From Pseudomonadota bacterium (GTDB lineage: Bacteria; SZUA-182; DTGQ01), in assembly GCA_030625085.1 (NCBI GenBank), contig DAOURK010000002.1, positions 31,871-95,870 on the forward strand: a stretch of DNA of 64,000 nucleotides. The letters are read 5' to 3'. Position 1 is the first letter of the stretch. Each line of letters opens with the position of its first letter. The position numbers and the translations under genes are program-made. Positions 51,511 to 62,115 of the stretch are shown in pieces. A model generated the notes under the pieces. The model saw only the letters and a list, made by a program, of their open reading frames with translations. It did no database searches and was not told where the DNA came from.

Positions 51511-51687
51511 AGACTTTTTACGACTTCATAAAAATTACTGAAATTTACTTGTGTTTGTTCATAAAAATTTGCTATTATATAAAATAGGTTGGTGATCTAT
51601 TCAACCCTTTATCATCCCCAGTCTTTTAAACATTCTATGAAAAAAATGGAAAGAATATAAAATAAATACAGAAAAAAATTTATTTTT

Positions 51688-52971
51688 ATGATTACTGAAT
51701 TATTAGAACTTTTCGCTAAAAAAGAAGGCTATCATTTTTTTCACCATCTAAAACATCCCGACCTGACACAGATCGAAAAAGCCTTAACTGGGATGCAAAA
51801 CAAACAAATAGCCTTATATATCCACATCCCCTTTTGCCAGAGATTATGCCCATATTGCTCTTTTGTTCGATATAGATATGAGGAAACACCCGCCCTCGTT
51901 TATATGAAAAATTTACGCAAAGAGCTGGAGCTTTATCTTGATCTTATCCAAAACACCAGTACAAGGGTCCGTAGTGTATATTTCGGCGGGGGAACCCCCA
52001 CACTTTTAATTTACCCGCTAATTGACATGATTCGATATTTGCAGGATCGTCTGGGTATAGAAGAATTCTCAGTTGAAACTCATCCTGAAGATCTTACATT
52101 GGAAAAAATGAAGGCTTTATCTAAAAATGGGATAAAACGCTTATCTATAGGTGTTCAAAGTTTTAGTGATGATATCTTACGTAAATTAGGCAGATTGAAC
52201 GCCAACAGCAACTTCGCCCAAAAAGCCATCTCAATGGCTCAGGGAAATTTCGACACAGTGAATGTGGACCTTCTTTGGGACCTTCCACAACAAACCATAT
52301 CCCATATAGAAAAAGATATTCAAACTCTATTTAAACTTGACGTTGATCAGGCCACCTTTTATCCTATTCTTCCCACGCCCAATAAAAAAACCCTGCTTGA
52401 ACGTCAGTTTCATAAAATAAATCGCGGACTTTTCAGAAAAAATCATACCCATAAACGAATTTATGAATTTATCCAAAACACTATGAAAGAGCACTATATT
52501 CCTTCCACAGTCTGGTGTTTTTCAAAAAACGGCACCAAAATTATCGACGAATATGTGGTTGACTGTACTGAATATATCGGAATGGGTTGTGGATCAGTCA
52601 GCATGGTCAATGACTATTACAATGTTAATACCTTTCCTGTAGATAAATACAACAAATTTTTATCCCAAGGGAATTTACCTATAGTACGCAGTAATAAATT
52701 ATCCGATTGGCAATTATCCAATTATCAGTTATTGACCAAATTTTTTGGTGTAAGAGTTCCCAAGAAAAATATTCTTCAAAATATATCTAAAAAAAGGGAA
52801 AGGTGGCTAAAAATAAAATTAGCCGTATTAAAGAAATTTGGCTATCTGGTTGAAAATAAAAACTTCTTCCAGTTAACGCCAAAGGGCATGTATCAGGTTA
52901 ATCTCCTCATGCGACAAACCTTTGTCGGCATGAATACGCTGCGAGAGCGCTGTTTAGAAGGGGGAATATAA
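51688..52971 (+). CDS. HemN/HemW-like radical SAM enzyme (oxygen-independent coproporphyrinogen oxidase family)
   Basis: CQRLCPYC motif and GGGTPT. Confidence 0.8.
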   Translation: MITELLELFAKKEGYHFFHHLKHPDLTQIEKALTGMQNKQIALYIHIPFCQRLCPYCSFVRYRYEETPALVYMKNLRKELELYLDLIQNTSTRVRSVYFGGGTPTLLIYPLIDMIRYLQDRLGIEEFSVETHPEDLTLEKMKALSKNGIKRLSIGVQSFSDDILRKLGRLNANSNFAQKAISMAQGNFDTVNVDLLWDLPQQTISHIEKDIQTLFKLDVDQATFYPILPTPNKKTLLERQFHKINRGLFRKNHTHKRIYEFIQNTMKEHYIPSTVWCFSKNGTKIIDEYVVDCTEYIGMGCGSVSMVNDYYNVNTFPVDKYNKFLSQGNLPIVRSNKLSDWQLSNYQLLTKFFGVRVPKKNILQNISKKRERWLKIKLAVLKKFGYLVENKNFFQLTPKGMYQVNLLMRQTFVGMNTLRERCLEGGI

Positions 52972-53062
52972 AAAAGTGTGTTTATCAGACGAGGATAAAA
53001 TTAATACTCGCAAAGCAACAACAGAAAAAAATCTACTTGATTAGAGGAGAGGAATCCTTTCA

Positions 53063-53239
53063 TTGATTAAATGGTGTGATTATCACTGCGAATATGCCTC
53101 ATTTGCCAAAGATGAGGCTATAGACGGAAGCGGAAGCTGTCAAACCTTTCAAGGGATCTGGTGTAAGAAACTCAAGCAATATGTCTTTAAAAATGCCCCG
53201 TGTGCTGCCGAAAAAAAAAGCAAAAAAGATCAGTCGTGA
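53063..53239 (+). CDS. Possible small Cys-rich protein (58 aa, TTG start)
   Basis: GAGGAGAGG lies 10 nt upstream. The product would be IKWCDYHCEYASFAKDEAIDGSGSCQTFQGIWCKKLKQYVFKNAPCAAEKKSKKDQS, with 7 Cys. It is below the ORF-track length cutoff. Confidence 0.2.
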   Translation: MIKWCDYHCEYASFAKDEAIDGSGSCQTFQGIWCKKLKQYVFKNAPCAAEKKSKKDQS

Positions 53240-53246
53240 TACTTTT

Positions 53247-54563
53247 TTATTTTTCCCGCTTATCAATTACCCGTTTGGATTTTCCGGCAGTTCTTTCCAA
53301 TGACTTTGGTTCAATAAGGGTAAGTTTAACTTTAATCCCCAGCACAGAAGAAATTTTTTTCTGCACACGTTTTTGGAATTCCTGCTGAAGTTTTACCTCA
53401 TCGTAAAAAATTTTATCACATACTTCAAGCCGCACTTCCAGAATATCAAGAGCGCCTTCTCTGTCCACTATCAACTGATAATGAGGTTCAGCGCCCTCTT
53501 CCTCCAATAAAACATGCTCAATTTGAGAGGGGAATACGTTTACTCCCCTGATGATAAGCATGTCATCAGTGCGTCCGGTGACGCGGTCCATACGCATTAA
53601 GGTTCGTCCGCATTGGCATGGTTCTTCAGTAAGGCGCGTGATATCACCGGTTCGATAGCGAATCATCGGCAAGGCTTCCTTAGTCAGGGTACTGAGCACT
53701 AACTCTCCCTTTTCCCCTATGGGAAGACGCTCACCAGTTTCCGGATTAATAATTTCCGGGATAAAATGATCTTCATTAATATGCATACCGCATTTATATT
53801 GGCATTCTCCAGCCACACCGGGACCAATAATCTCGCTAAGCCCATAATTGTCCCTGGCCTTAATATAAAGAATTTCCTCAATTTTTCCCCGGATACTTTC
53901 GGACCATGTTTCCGCGCCAAAACAACCTATCTTTAAAGAAAGCTCATTGGGGTGTATGCCCATCTGCTCCAATACCTCGGCTATATATAAAGCATAAGAG
54001 GGGGTACACACCAATACAGTGGTCTTGTAATCCTTCATAATCATAACCTGTTTTTCCGTATTTCCACTGGAGACAGGGATTACAGAAGCCCCCAAACGCT
54101 CGGCCCCATAGTGCAGACCAAAGCCGCCGGTAAAAAGGCCATAACCGAAAGCGATCTGAATAACATCCTCAGAAGTAACACCGGCTGAGACCAGGATACG
54201 CGCCACCAGATTACTCCAGTGTGCTAAATCATTTTTGGTATAACCAACCACCGTGGGTTTCCCCGAAGTCCCTGAAGAAGAATGAATGCGCACAACCTCT
54301 CTTAAAGGCACGGCAAACATGCCATAAGGGTAATTGTCTCGCAAAGCCGTTTTCCTGGTAAAGGGTATGTGGGCCAAATCCTCCATAGTTTTAATTTCCT
54401 CAGGGATAATGCCGGCTTCATCAAAAAGGGCCTTATAGAAACGCACACTCCGATAGGCTCGATTCAAGGTTGCTTGCAACCGCTCCAATTGAAGTTGCTC
54501 CAAATCATTTCTATCCATGGATTCATACTGTTTTTCCCACATACTCAATGCTCCTTGTTTCAC
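53247..54563 (-). CDS. paaK: Phenylacetate-CoA ligase (PaaK family)
   Basis: [14 protein letters not shown] (AMP-binding), PaaK-type length and C-terminal domain. Confidence 0.85.
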   Translation of the reverse strand: MKQGALSMWEKQYESMDRNDLEQLQLERLQATLNRAYRSVRFYKALFDEAGIIPEEIKTMEDLAHIPFTRKTALRDNYPYGMFAVPLREVVRIHSSSGTSGKPTVVGYTKNDLAHWSNLVARILVSAGVTSEDVIQIAFGYGLFTGGFGLHYGAERLGASVIPVSSGNTEKQVMIMKDYKTTVLVCTPSYALYIAEVLEQMGIHPNELSLKIGCFGAETWSESIRGKIEEILYIKARDNYGLSEIIGPGVAGECQYKCGMHINEDHFIPEIINPETGERLPIGEKGELVLSTLTKEALPMIRYRTGDITRLTEEPCQCGRTLMRMDRVTGRTDDMLIIRGVNVFPSQIEHVLLEEEGAEPHYQLIVDREGALDILEVRLEVCDKIFYDEVKLQQEFQKRVQKKISSVLGIKVKLTLIEPKSLERTAGKSKRVIDKREK

Positions 54564-54591
54564 TTGAAAATCATGGTATTACATTTTTTTC

Positions 54592-55326
54592 TTATTCCCA
54601 AATCTCTTTTTTGGATTTTCCAAGATAAGCCCGAACAATTTCCGGATTTCCCAAAAGGGTGGAGGCATCCTCTTGCAGCACAACTTTTCCGGTTTCCATT
54701 ACATATGCTCTGTCGGCAATTTTAAGGGCTTTGGCTGCGTTTTGTTCAACCAACAGAATTGTTGCTCCCCAATCTCGCAGCTTATTAATTACCTTCATGA
54801 TCTCATTAACAATTTTGGGGGCTAACCCCATGGAAGGCTCATCCATTAAAAGTAATTTGGGTGATGACATAAGGGCACGGCCAATGGACAACATCTGAGC
54901 TTCACCCCCACTCAAATTGCCGGCCGGCATATGTCTGCGCTCGTGCAGAATGGGAAACAGGGAAAATATATTATCCAAATCCCTGGCAATGGTCTTTTTT
55001 TCCCCCCGACTAAAACGATGATAGGAGCCCAATTTTAAGTTATCAAGTACAGTTAAGGGATTAAAAATCTGGCGCCCCTCAGGGACCTGACTAATACCAC
55101 GCCGAACAATTTTATGGGGCCCAAGCCTGGCAATCTTCTCCTTTTCAAAGAGCACCTCTCCATCCATCTTTTTCACCAGACCGGAAACCAAATTCAGCAG
55201 AGTGCTCTTCCCCGCACCATTGGCGCCAAGCAAGGCGACAATTTCTTTCGGGGAGACATGCAAAGAAACATTTTTTAAAACATGAGCCTGGTCATAATAT
55301 GCATTAATACTTTTCAACCTCAACAT
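54592..55326 (-). CDS. livF: Branched-chain amino acid ABC transporter ATP-binding protein
   Basis: GANGAGKST, LSGGE and the LivF-type C-terminus. Confidence 0.85.
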   Translation of the reverse strand: MLRLKSINAYYDQAHVLKNVSLHVSPKEIVALLGANGAGKSTLLNLVSGLVKKMDGEVLFEKEKIARLGPHKIVRRGISQVPEGRQIFNPLTVLDNLKLGSYHRFSRGEKKTIARDLDNIFSLFPILHERRHMPAGNLSGGEAQMLSIGRALMSSPKLLLMDEPSMGLAPKIVNEIMKVINKLRDWGATILLVEQNAAKALKIADRAYVMETGKVVLQEDASTLLGNPEIVRAYLGKSKKEIWE

Positions 55327-55329
55327 TGC

Positions 55330-56112
55330 TCAATCATCCATTTCTCCCAAATAGGCGGCAATTACTTTTGGGTCGGTTTGAATATTCCTGGGGATATCTT
55401 CGGCAATCTTTTGCCCATATTCCAAAACTAAAACTTCATCGGAAACCTCCATGACAAGTTCCATATCATGCTCTACCACCAGAATAGTAATACCCTTTTC
55501 ACGTATTCGAAAAATGAGCTTGGCCAATTGGCTGGTTTCTTTGGTATTGAGCCCCGCAGCCGGTTCATCCAACAACATCAACTCAGGCTCAGCCGCCAAA
55601 GCCCTGGCAATCTCCAAAAGCCGCTGATAACCGATAGGCAGGCTATCGGGCTTAAAATATGCCTGATCCTGAAGACCGACCAAGGTTAAAATTTCCATGG
55701 CTTTTTCTTTCGTTTCTTTTTCTTCGGCTCGCATACGAGGGAGTCTTAAAGCAGAGGCCATAAACCCGCTTTTAGACCGAACGTGTCGGCCCATCATGAC
55801 ATTTTCCAGCACGGTCATATTGTGAAATAATTGGATGTTTTGAAAGGTTCGCACCAAGCCCATTTCAGCAATACGATAGGGCTTTAAGCCGGTAATTTTC
55901 TTTCCCTGAAAATAGACTTCTCCACTTGTTGGGGCCAGGACCCCACTAATCACATTATAGGCAGTAGTTTTCCCTGCTCCATTGGGCCCAATAAATCCCT
56001 TAATGCTTTCCGGCTTGACCATAAAGCTTAAATTCTCAATTGCCTTTACACCGCCAAAATCCTTTTCAATACCCCTTATCTCCAGCAAAGCAGTATTATT
56101 ATCCATGGTCAT
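55330..56112 (-). CDS. livG: Branched-chain amino acid ABC transporter ATP-binding protein
   Basis: GPNGAGKTT and the LivG-type C-terminal extension. Confidence 0.85.
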   Translation of the reverse strand: MTMDNNTALLEIRGIEKDFGGVKAIENLSFMVKPESIKGFIGPNGAGKTTAYNVISGVLAPTSGEVYFQGKKITGLKPYRIAEMGLVRTFQNIQLFHNMTVLENVMMGRHVRSKSGFMASALRLPRMRAEEKETKEKAMEILTLVGLQDQAYFKPDSLPIGYQRLLEIARALAAEPELMLLDEPAAGLNTKETSQLAKLIFRIREKGITILVVEHDMELVMEVSDEVLVLEYGQKIAEDIPRNIQTDPKVIAAYLGEMDD

Positions 56113-56115
56113 ACC

Positions 56116-57105
56116 TTACACCTCATGAAACCATTTTTTTTGACATTTTTCCCAACAAAGACTTATTTTCTGACTGATGCCTTCAGGCATAAAAATAACC
56201 GAAAGAATTAAAACCAATCCATAGATCAAAATATCATATTCAGCAAATATATCTAAAAACTGCGGCAAAATACTTAAAACCGAAGCCCCCAGCAAACCGC
56301 CCCAGATACTGCTCATACCGCCGACAACACCCATAGTTACCACTCTTATTGAATAGTTCAACCCAAAATCAACAGGGCATAAAAAGGTAGAATAATGGGC
56401 AAAAATACTACCAGCCAGTCCTGCATAAATCGTGCTCAGAATAAAAACCTTCGTCTTAAATCGGCTAATATCCACCCCAATTGAATGAGCGGCCAACTCC
56501 TTAGAATGAATTGCACGAAGGGCCCTTCCCACCCGAGAATTAACAATATTAAGAGCAAAATAGGTCAACAGTAAGGTGAATATCCAGGTAAGATAGTAAT
56601 AATTGATATCCTTTAAATACCTGCTGTTCATATTATAACCAAAAATATATAATTTGCCCACACTTATACCTTCCGAAGCCCCGGTAATCGGGAGTTCATT
56701 AAAGAGCACGAAAAAAATCATACCCAGCCCAAGGGTTGCCATGGCCAGATAATGCCCCTTTAATTTCAAAATGGGCTTAGCCAAAAGGTAGGCAATAAGA
56801 AAATTAAGGATAATGGATAAGGTAAATCCCCACAAGGGAGAAAGGCCGAAACGAGTAGTAACAATGCCGGAACTATAGGCGCCCAAACCAAAAAAAGCGG
56901 CATGGCCCAGGGATATTTGTCCGGCATACCCCATCAAAAGATTTAAGCCGATCACCACCATACTGTTAATGCCGGCAAAAACCATAAGACTCAGGTAATA
57001 GTCACCAGCCTCAGACATCCGCAGAATCAAAGGTAAAACTAGCATCAACACACAAAAAAGAAGAAAATAAAGCCCTTTGCCCTTTTCCACAATCCACTTG
57101 GCCAT
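56116..57105 (-). CDS. livM: Branched-chain amino acid ABC transporter permease
   Basis: Polytopic LivM-type permease. Confidence 0.85.
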   Translation of the reverse strand: MAKWIVEKGKGLYFLLFCVLMLVLPLILRMSEAGDYYLSLMVFAGINSMVVIGLNLLMGYAGQISLGHAAFFGLGAYSSGIVTTRFGLSPLWGFTLSIILNFLIAYLLAKPILKLKGHYLAMATLGLGMIFFVLFNELPITGASEGISVGKLYIFGYNMNSRYLKDINYYYLTWIFTLLLTYFALNIVNSRVGRALRAIHSKELAAHSIGVDISRFKTKVFILSTIYAGLAGSIFAHYSTFLCPVDFGLNYSIRVVTMGVVGGMSSIWGGLLGASVLSILPQFLDIFAEYDILIYGLVLILSVIFMPEGISQKISLCWEKCQKKWFHEV

Positions 57106-57986
57106 TACACCCGTTCTCCACTTTTAGTAAACAGAATCCCTTGCGGACGGATAATTAAAACAAGCACTAAAATACTATAGGCAATGGCGTTCCTGTAGCT
57201 TGAGGAAATTAATCCTGCTCCCAACTCTTCCACTATCCCAAGAACGAAGCCTCCTACCATAGCTCCTACATTATTGCCCAAGCCTCCTACAATAGCCGCG
57301 CAGAATCCCTTCAGGCCATAGTTAACGCCAGTATCATACTTCATGCCGAAGGGAGCCAATACCCCGCCGGCTACACCGCCCAAGGCTGCGCTCAAGCCAA
57401 AGGAGAGAACCACCATAGTCCGGATATTAATTCCCACCAGACTGGCGGCCTTCTTATTGGCTGCACAAGCAGTCATGGCCTTGCCGGTGATGGTTTTTTC
57501 ATAGAACAGGTGCAACACCCCCATAGCCAGAAGGGTAATAACTAATATCCACAGATATTGCCGATCGATGATGGCATGAAAAATCCGGTAAGGTTTACCT
57601 GAGGAGAAAAAGGGGACAAACACATCATTTCGCCCCCAGATGAGCATGGCGGAGCCTCGAAAAAAAATCGAGGCTCCGATAGTGACGATAATTTGCGTGA
57701 TAACGCTGCTCTCTTCAAGAGGGCGAATCATCAGCACCTCCATTAAGATGCCGATGAGCGTCACCACCAGCACTGCCAATATAAAAGAAAGCAAAAGATT
57801 CAGGTGCAAAACATGATGAAAGGTATACAACATCACCGCACCGAACATCACAAATTCGCCTTGAGCAAAATTAATGACATCAGTAGATTTATAAATAATA
57901 GTAAATCCAAGGGCTACGAGCCCGTATATACCTCCTTTGGTGATGCCATTAATCAGATATTGGATGAGTTGATTGGTAAAAGTCAT
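57105..57986 (-). CDS. livH: Branched-chain amino acid ABC transporter permease
   Basis: Polytopic LivH-type permease. Its start overlaps the livM stop. Confidence 0.85.
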   Translation of the reverse strand: MTFTNQLIQYLINGITKGGIYGLVALGFTIIYKSTDVINFAQGEFVMFGAVMLYTFHHVLHLNLLLSFILAVLVVTLIGILMEVLMIRPLEESSVITQIIVTIGASIFFRGSAMLIWGRNDVFVPFFSSGKPYRIFHAIIDRQYLWILVITLLAMGVLHLFYEKTITGKAMTACAANKKAASLVGINIRTMVVLSFGLSAALGGVAGGVLAPFGMKYDTGVNYGLKGFCAAIVGGLGNNVGAMVGGFVLGIVEELGAGLISSSYRNAIAYSILVLVLIIRPQGILFTKSGERV

Positions 57987-58017
57987 AAATAAACTGTCAG
58001 TAAAGGGCTAAAAAAGG

Positions 58018-59175
58018 CTATTCAATACAGGTCCATTTCCCATTAACAATTTTAACCATAATCAAAGACTCGGGCCCTAACCCATTATGATCCCTTTTGG
58101 AATAATTAAATACTCCTCCAATGCCGACAAAATTCCTGATGTTCTCAATCTCATCCCGAATGCGGCCAATATCATCCCCTGCCTTTTCAATGGCGCGAAT
58201 AATCAATTGAACCGCATCCCAGGCATGGCCGCCAAAGGTGTTCGGTGCAGTATTATATTTGGCTTTAAAATCAAAGGCATATTTGGCCAGAACCTTTTTC
58301 TGAGGATCGGTTTCAGGCAAAGATTCCCATACCACAAGACGGCCGGCCGGGAAAATAACTCCCTCGGCGGCTTCTTTGGCTTGGTCGATAAATTTCATAT
58401 TGGCAATCCCGTGGCTCATGTATACCGGCATCTTCATGCCCAATTGCCTCATATTCCTGGCTACCTTGGCTGAGCCCTTATCGGTATCCCAAACGACCAT
58501 AGCCTGGGCATCAGTTCCCCGAATTTTAGTCAATTGAGTGCTCACATCAGGATCTTTTTCACTGAATTTTTCCCTGGCTACAATCTTAATCCCGTATTTG
58601 GGAGCCAAGTTGTTCAGTTGTTTCAATCCGCCTGCACCAAAGCCCCCCTCGGCTATCATAAGGGAAACCTTTTTAATACCATGTTTTTTGGCATGGGTCA
58701 GGATTTTCTCTACAGCCTGTTTGTCAGTCTGGGGGGTTTTAAAAACCCACTTTTTAGGCGGATCAATAATATCGATTCTGGCTGCACAGGAAATATTCGG
58801 CATTTCGTTATTCTGCATGGTTTCAATAAGGGCCATACTTACTCCGCTGGTGGTCGGTCCAATAATAGCCAATACGTTATCTTTCTTGATCAGCTTATTA
58901 ACGCTGTTAATGGTTTTTTGAACATCCAGGGCCGTATCATAGAAGACTAACTCCAACAGCCGGCCGTTGATGCCCCCGGCTTTATTAACCTTTTCCACCA
59001 CCATCTCGACCGTCCTCTTTTCCGGAATACCAAGAGCTGAGGCCGGCCCTGATATATCAAAAATAGCCCCAATCTTATAAGGTTTACTCTTTGCCAAAGC
59101 TGAATTTACTGTTAAAAAACATATACTCACCAAAACCGCGCTTACTGCTGTTACTATACCTTTCCAATCTTTCAT
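58018..59175 (-). CDS. Periplasmic amino-acid binding protein (LivK/LivJ-like, type I PBP)
   Basis: Signal peptide and PBP1 fold motifs. Confidence 0.8.
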   Translation of the reverse strand: MKDWKGIVTAVSAVLVSICFLTVNSALAKSKPYKIGAIFDISGPASALGIPEKRTVEMVVEKVNKAGGINGRLLELVFYDTALDVQKTINSVNKLIKKDNVLAIIGPTTSGVSMALIETMQNNEMPNISCAARIDIIDPPKKWVFKTPQTDKQAVEKILTHAKKHGIKKVSLMIAEGGFGAGGLKQLNNLAPKYGIKIVAREKFSEKDPDVSTQLTKIRGTDAQAMVVWDTDKGSAKVARNMRQLGMKMPVYMSHGIANMKFIDQAKEAAEGVIFPAGRLVVWESLPETDPQKKVLAKYAFDFKAKYNTAPNTFGGHAWDAVQLIIRAIEKAGDDIGRIRDEIENIRNFVGIGGVFNYSKRDHNGLGPESLIMVKIVNGKWTCIE

Positions 59176-59241
59176 AAAAAATCCTCCTTTTCTTAAAGGT
59201 TTGTAAAGGTTACTAAAAGGTATATGAAGCCTTCAAAATTT

Positions 59242-59673
59242 TTATAAATCCCTCAATTCCTGATCACTTAATAAGGATACTCCGTGCTCTTTTAAAACAT
59301 TTACGGCCGCATCAATCGCGTCAAATCGGAAGATCATAATAGCCTTGTCTGTCTTTTTTTCCAAAAATCCATAAAGATACTCTACATTCTGTCCAGCCGA
59401 CTGCAATATAGCCAACACCGAAGCTAATCCACCCGGTTTATCAGCCACCTCAACAGCAATAACATTATTAATGGTAGCTGTTAGTTCCGCCTTTTTCAAT
59501 ACCTGATGAGCCTTTTCAGTATCATTGACAATTAAACGTACAATCCCGAAGTCTGAGGTGTCTGCCAAAGAAATAGCACGAATATTGATCTTGTTTTCCC
59601 CTAAAAGATGAGTTAATTCAGCTAAACGACCTTTTCTGTTTTCCAGGAAAACACAAATTTGTTTAACGATCAT
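59242..59673 (-). CDS. ACT-domain protein (tandem ACT)
   Basis: Two ACT repeats. It resembles the small ACT proteins found in ior/paaK operons. Confidence 0.7.
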   Translation of the reverse strand: MIVKQICVFLENRKGRLAELTHLLGENKINIRAISLADTSDFGIVRLIVNDTEKAHQVLKKAELTATINNVIAVEVADKPGGLASVLAILQSAGQNVEYLYGFLEKKTDKAIMIFRFDAIDAAVNVLKEHGVSLLSDQELRDL

Positions 59674-59734
59674 ATATCCTCCCCCTTTCTTTCTTGTTTA
59701 TGTCCCCTTACTCTTTCCTTTTTACTTTTCACTA

Positions 59735-59895
59735 TATTAGTGCCTAAACGAAAACTCCTCTTTTTGTCATTTCGACTGAAAGGAGAAATCTTTTAACTGT
59801 AACATTTCCAATGGCTTAAGATTTCTCGCGGAGTTTACACTGAATGTAGTGAATGTGCTCGAAATGACAATCTTGGTTATTTTTCGTTCAGCCCC
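59735..59895. repeat. Family-A element inside the operon, between paaK and ACT
   Basis: TGTCATTTCGAC ... AAGATTTCTCGCGGAGTTTACACTGAATGTAGTGAATGTGCTCGAAATGACAA. Confidence 0.6.
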
Positions 59896-59948
59896 CTAAT
59901 TGAAACACAAAGGCACAAAGAACACAAAGGGATAAAAAAATCAGTTCT

Positions 59949-61256
59949 TTAATTGCCTTTCAATTTTCTTTTATCTTGAACGCGTATGGCTTTGCCCATA
60001 CTACGTTCAACGGAATGAGGTTCCATCAGTTTTATTCTGGTGCTGATGCCCAAGACGCTTTCCAACTCATTTTTAATCTTTCTTTCCAGGGCCTCAAATC
60101 TCTTGATCTCATCAAAGAGGTTTCCTTCAGAAACTTCAACCCTAACCTCAACATCGTCCATGGTACCTTTTCGGTCAACCACAATAAGATAATGTGGAGA
60201 TACACCATCGATTTTTACCAAAACATCTTCGATCTGGGAGGGAAAAACATTTACGCCCCTGATAATAAGCATATCATCGGTCCTCCCTCCGACTCTTCTC
60301 ATCCGGACCAGAGTCCGACCGCATTTACAGGGCTCGGGGTTCAATACAGTAATATCCCTGGTCCTGAATCGTATCACGGGAAAGGCTTCTTTGGTCAAAG
60401 TGGTAATGACCAACTCGCCCTCTTCTCCATAGGGGAGGACCTCTCCGGTATCTGGATTAATGATTTCCGGAAAAAAATAATCCTCATTAATATGCAGTCC
60501 ATCTTTATATTCGCATTCACTGGCTACTCCGGGACCAATAATTTCAGTCAACCCATAAATATCCAGGGTCATGATATTTAATTTTTTCTCAATTTCAGCC
60601 CTCATGCTGTCGGACCAAGGCTCCGCCCCTAAAAAGGCGACCCGCAGTTTCAACGACTTAATATCAACTCCCATTTCTTCGGCTATTTCAGCCAAACAAA
60701 GACTATAGGAGGGTGTGCAACACAAAACGTCAGTCCCAAAGTCCTGCATAAGCATTATTTGCCTTTTGGAATTCCCGCCTGAAATTGGCAGCACTGAAGC
60801 GCCTATCTTTTGCGCTCCATAATGAAGGCCCAAGCCCCCGGTAAATAACCCATATCCATAGGCATTCTGAACAACATCCTTTTCCGTCACCCCACCGCAA
60901 CACAAGGTCCTGGCCATAACCGAAGCCCACAAATCCAGATCCTGGCGCGTATAACCAACTACCACGGGTTTTCCGGTAGTGCCGGAAGAGGAATGGATCT
61001 CAACCACATCCTTCAAAGGCCGACAAAACAAGCCAAAAGGGTAAGTATCCCGCAGATTATGTTTGCTCAAAAAAGGTAAACGCTGCAGGTCTTCTATACT
61101 TTTAATACCCTCGGGTTTCACCCCCCCCTTGGAAAAAAACTCCTGATAAAAGGGCACGGCAGCACAAACCCGCTGTGCCAGATCCTGTAACCGTTCGGTT
61201 TGGATCGAAGTCATTTGCTTTCGATCAAGAGTTTCTGTTTTTTTATCCCAAAACAC
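59949..61256 (-). CDS. paaK: Phenylacetate-CoA ligase (PaaK family), second paralog
   Basis: [14 protein letters not shown]. About 60% identical to the 53247..54563 product. Confidence 0.85.
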   Translation of the reverse strand: MFWDKKTETLDRKQMTSIQTERLQDLAQRVCAAVPFYQEFFSKGGVKPEGIKSIEDLQRLPFLSKHNLRDTYPFGLFCRPLKDVVEIHSSSGTTGKPVVVGYTRQDLDLWASVMARTLCCGGVTEKDVVQNAYGYGLFTGGLGLHYGAQKIGASVLPISGGNSKRQIMLMQDFGTDVLCCTPSYSLCLAEIAEEMGVDIKSLKLRVAFLGAEPWSDSMRAEIEKKLNIMTLDIYGLTEIIGPGVASECEYKDGLHINEDYFFPEIINPDTGEVLPYGEEGELVITTLTKEAFPVIRFRTRDITVLNPEPCKCGRTLVRMRRVGGRTDDMLIIRGVNVFPSQIEDVLVKIDGVSPHYLIVVDRKGTMDDVEVRVEVSEGNLFDEIKRFEALERKIKNELESVLGISTRIKLMEPHSVERSMGKAIRVQDKRKLKGN

Positions 61257-61339
61257 TGTTAAAACCCCCTTTCAGTTCCCTTCTATAGATTTTCAGAAAA
61301 ATAATCTTATAACCGATATTCAAATAGAAGTAGCGAGGC

Positions 61340-61927
61340 TTAAGCGTCTTTACGACCTAAATAAAAAGCCTTTTCATTTGCCTGAAGGGTTTTAGCCGAG
61401 ACGCGAGACCGAATAACCTTAAGCCACATCTCCTCAGCAATGTCCGGCAAAAACCCGGATAAAGCCCCCAGTAAAACAATGTTCACAGCTCTTTTACTGC
61501 CGGCCTGCTCAGCCAGGTTTATTCCTTCAATTAATTGAATAGTATGCCCTGATTCTTTCAATAGATGTGCAATATTTGAGGGATATTCCATAGAACCGCT
61601 ACTGACTGTAGTTGGATTAATTTTTAAATTATTTACTAAAGCGGCCCCATGGGGAGATAAAAAGTTCACCCACCGCAAGGCTTCCAGCAATTCGAAGGCT
61701 AAAAGAAAATCAACCTTACCCTGCCTGATTAAAGGAGAAAAAACCTGCTTACCAAAGCGAACATGGGTCGAAACACTGCCCCCCCGCTGGGACATTCCAT
61801 GGACTTCGCTCTTTTTCACATCAAAACCGGCCTCTTTGCCGACATCAGCTAAAATTTCACTGGCCACAATAATCCCCTGGCCGCCAACACCAACAATCAA
61901 AATATCTTTTTTCTTTTTCATTTTCAT
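61340..61927 (-). CDS. iorB: Indolepyruvate:ferredoxin oxidoreductase subunit beta
   Basis: ILIVGVGGQGI N-terminus, gamma-type OFOR domain; 195 aa. Confidence 0.85.
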   Translation of the reverse strand: MKMKKKKDILIVGVGGQGIIVASEILADVGKEAGFDVKKSEVHGMSQRGGSVSTHVRFGKQVFSPLIRQGKVDFLLAFELLEALRWVNFLSPHGAALVNNLKINPTTVSSGSMEYPSNIAHLLKESGHTIQLIEGINLAEQAGSKRAVNIVLLGALSGFLPDIAEEMWLKVIRSRVSAKTLQANEKAFYLGRKDA

Positions 61928-61947
61928 AATTCGCTTTCCATAGAACC

Positions 61948-62115
61948 AGGCTAGTGAGGTTGTCCAAGAAAGCCCTTTTTTGTCATTTCGCCCACATTCA
62001 TTAGATTCAGTGTAAACTCCGGGGGAAATTTAAAACTTTACTCTTTTCAATGTGATAAGATTTCCCGCTCCAATCGAAATGACAAGGTTAATGAATTGTC
62101 AGATAGCCTCCTAGA
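61948..62115. repeat. Family-A MITE-like element, full-length with an internal insertion, between iorA and iorB; its right terminal repeat supplies the iorA stop codon
   Basis: ...TGTCATTTCGCCC [CACATTCATTAGATTCAGTGTAAACTCCGGGGG] ...GATAAGATTTCCCGCTCCAATCGAAATGACAAGGTTAATGAATTGTCAGATAGCCTCCTAG. The TAG at 62111-62113 is the iorA stop. Confidence 0.65.
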
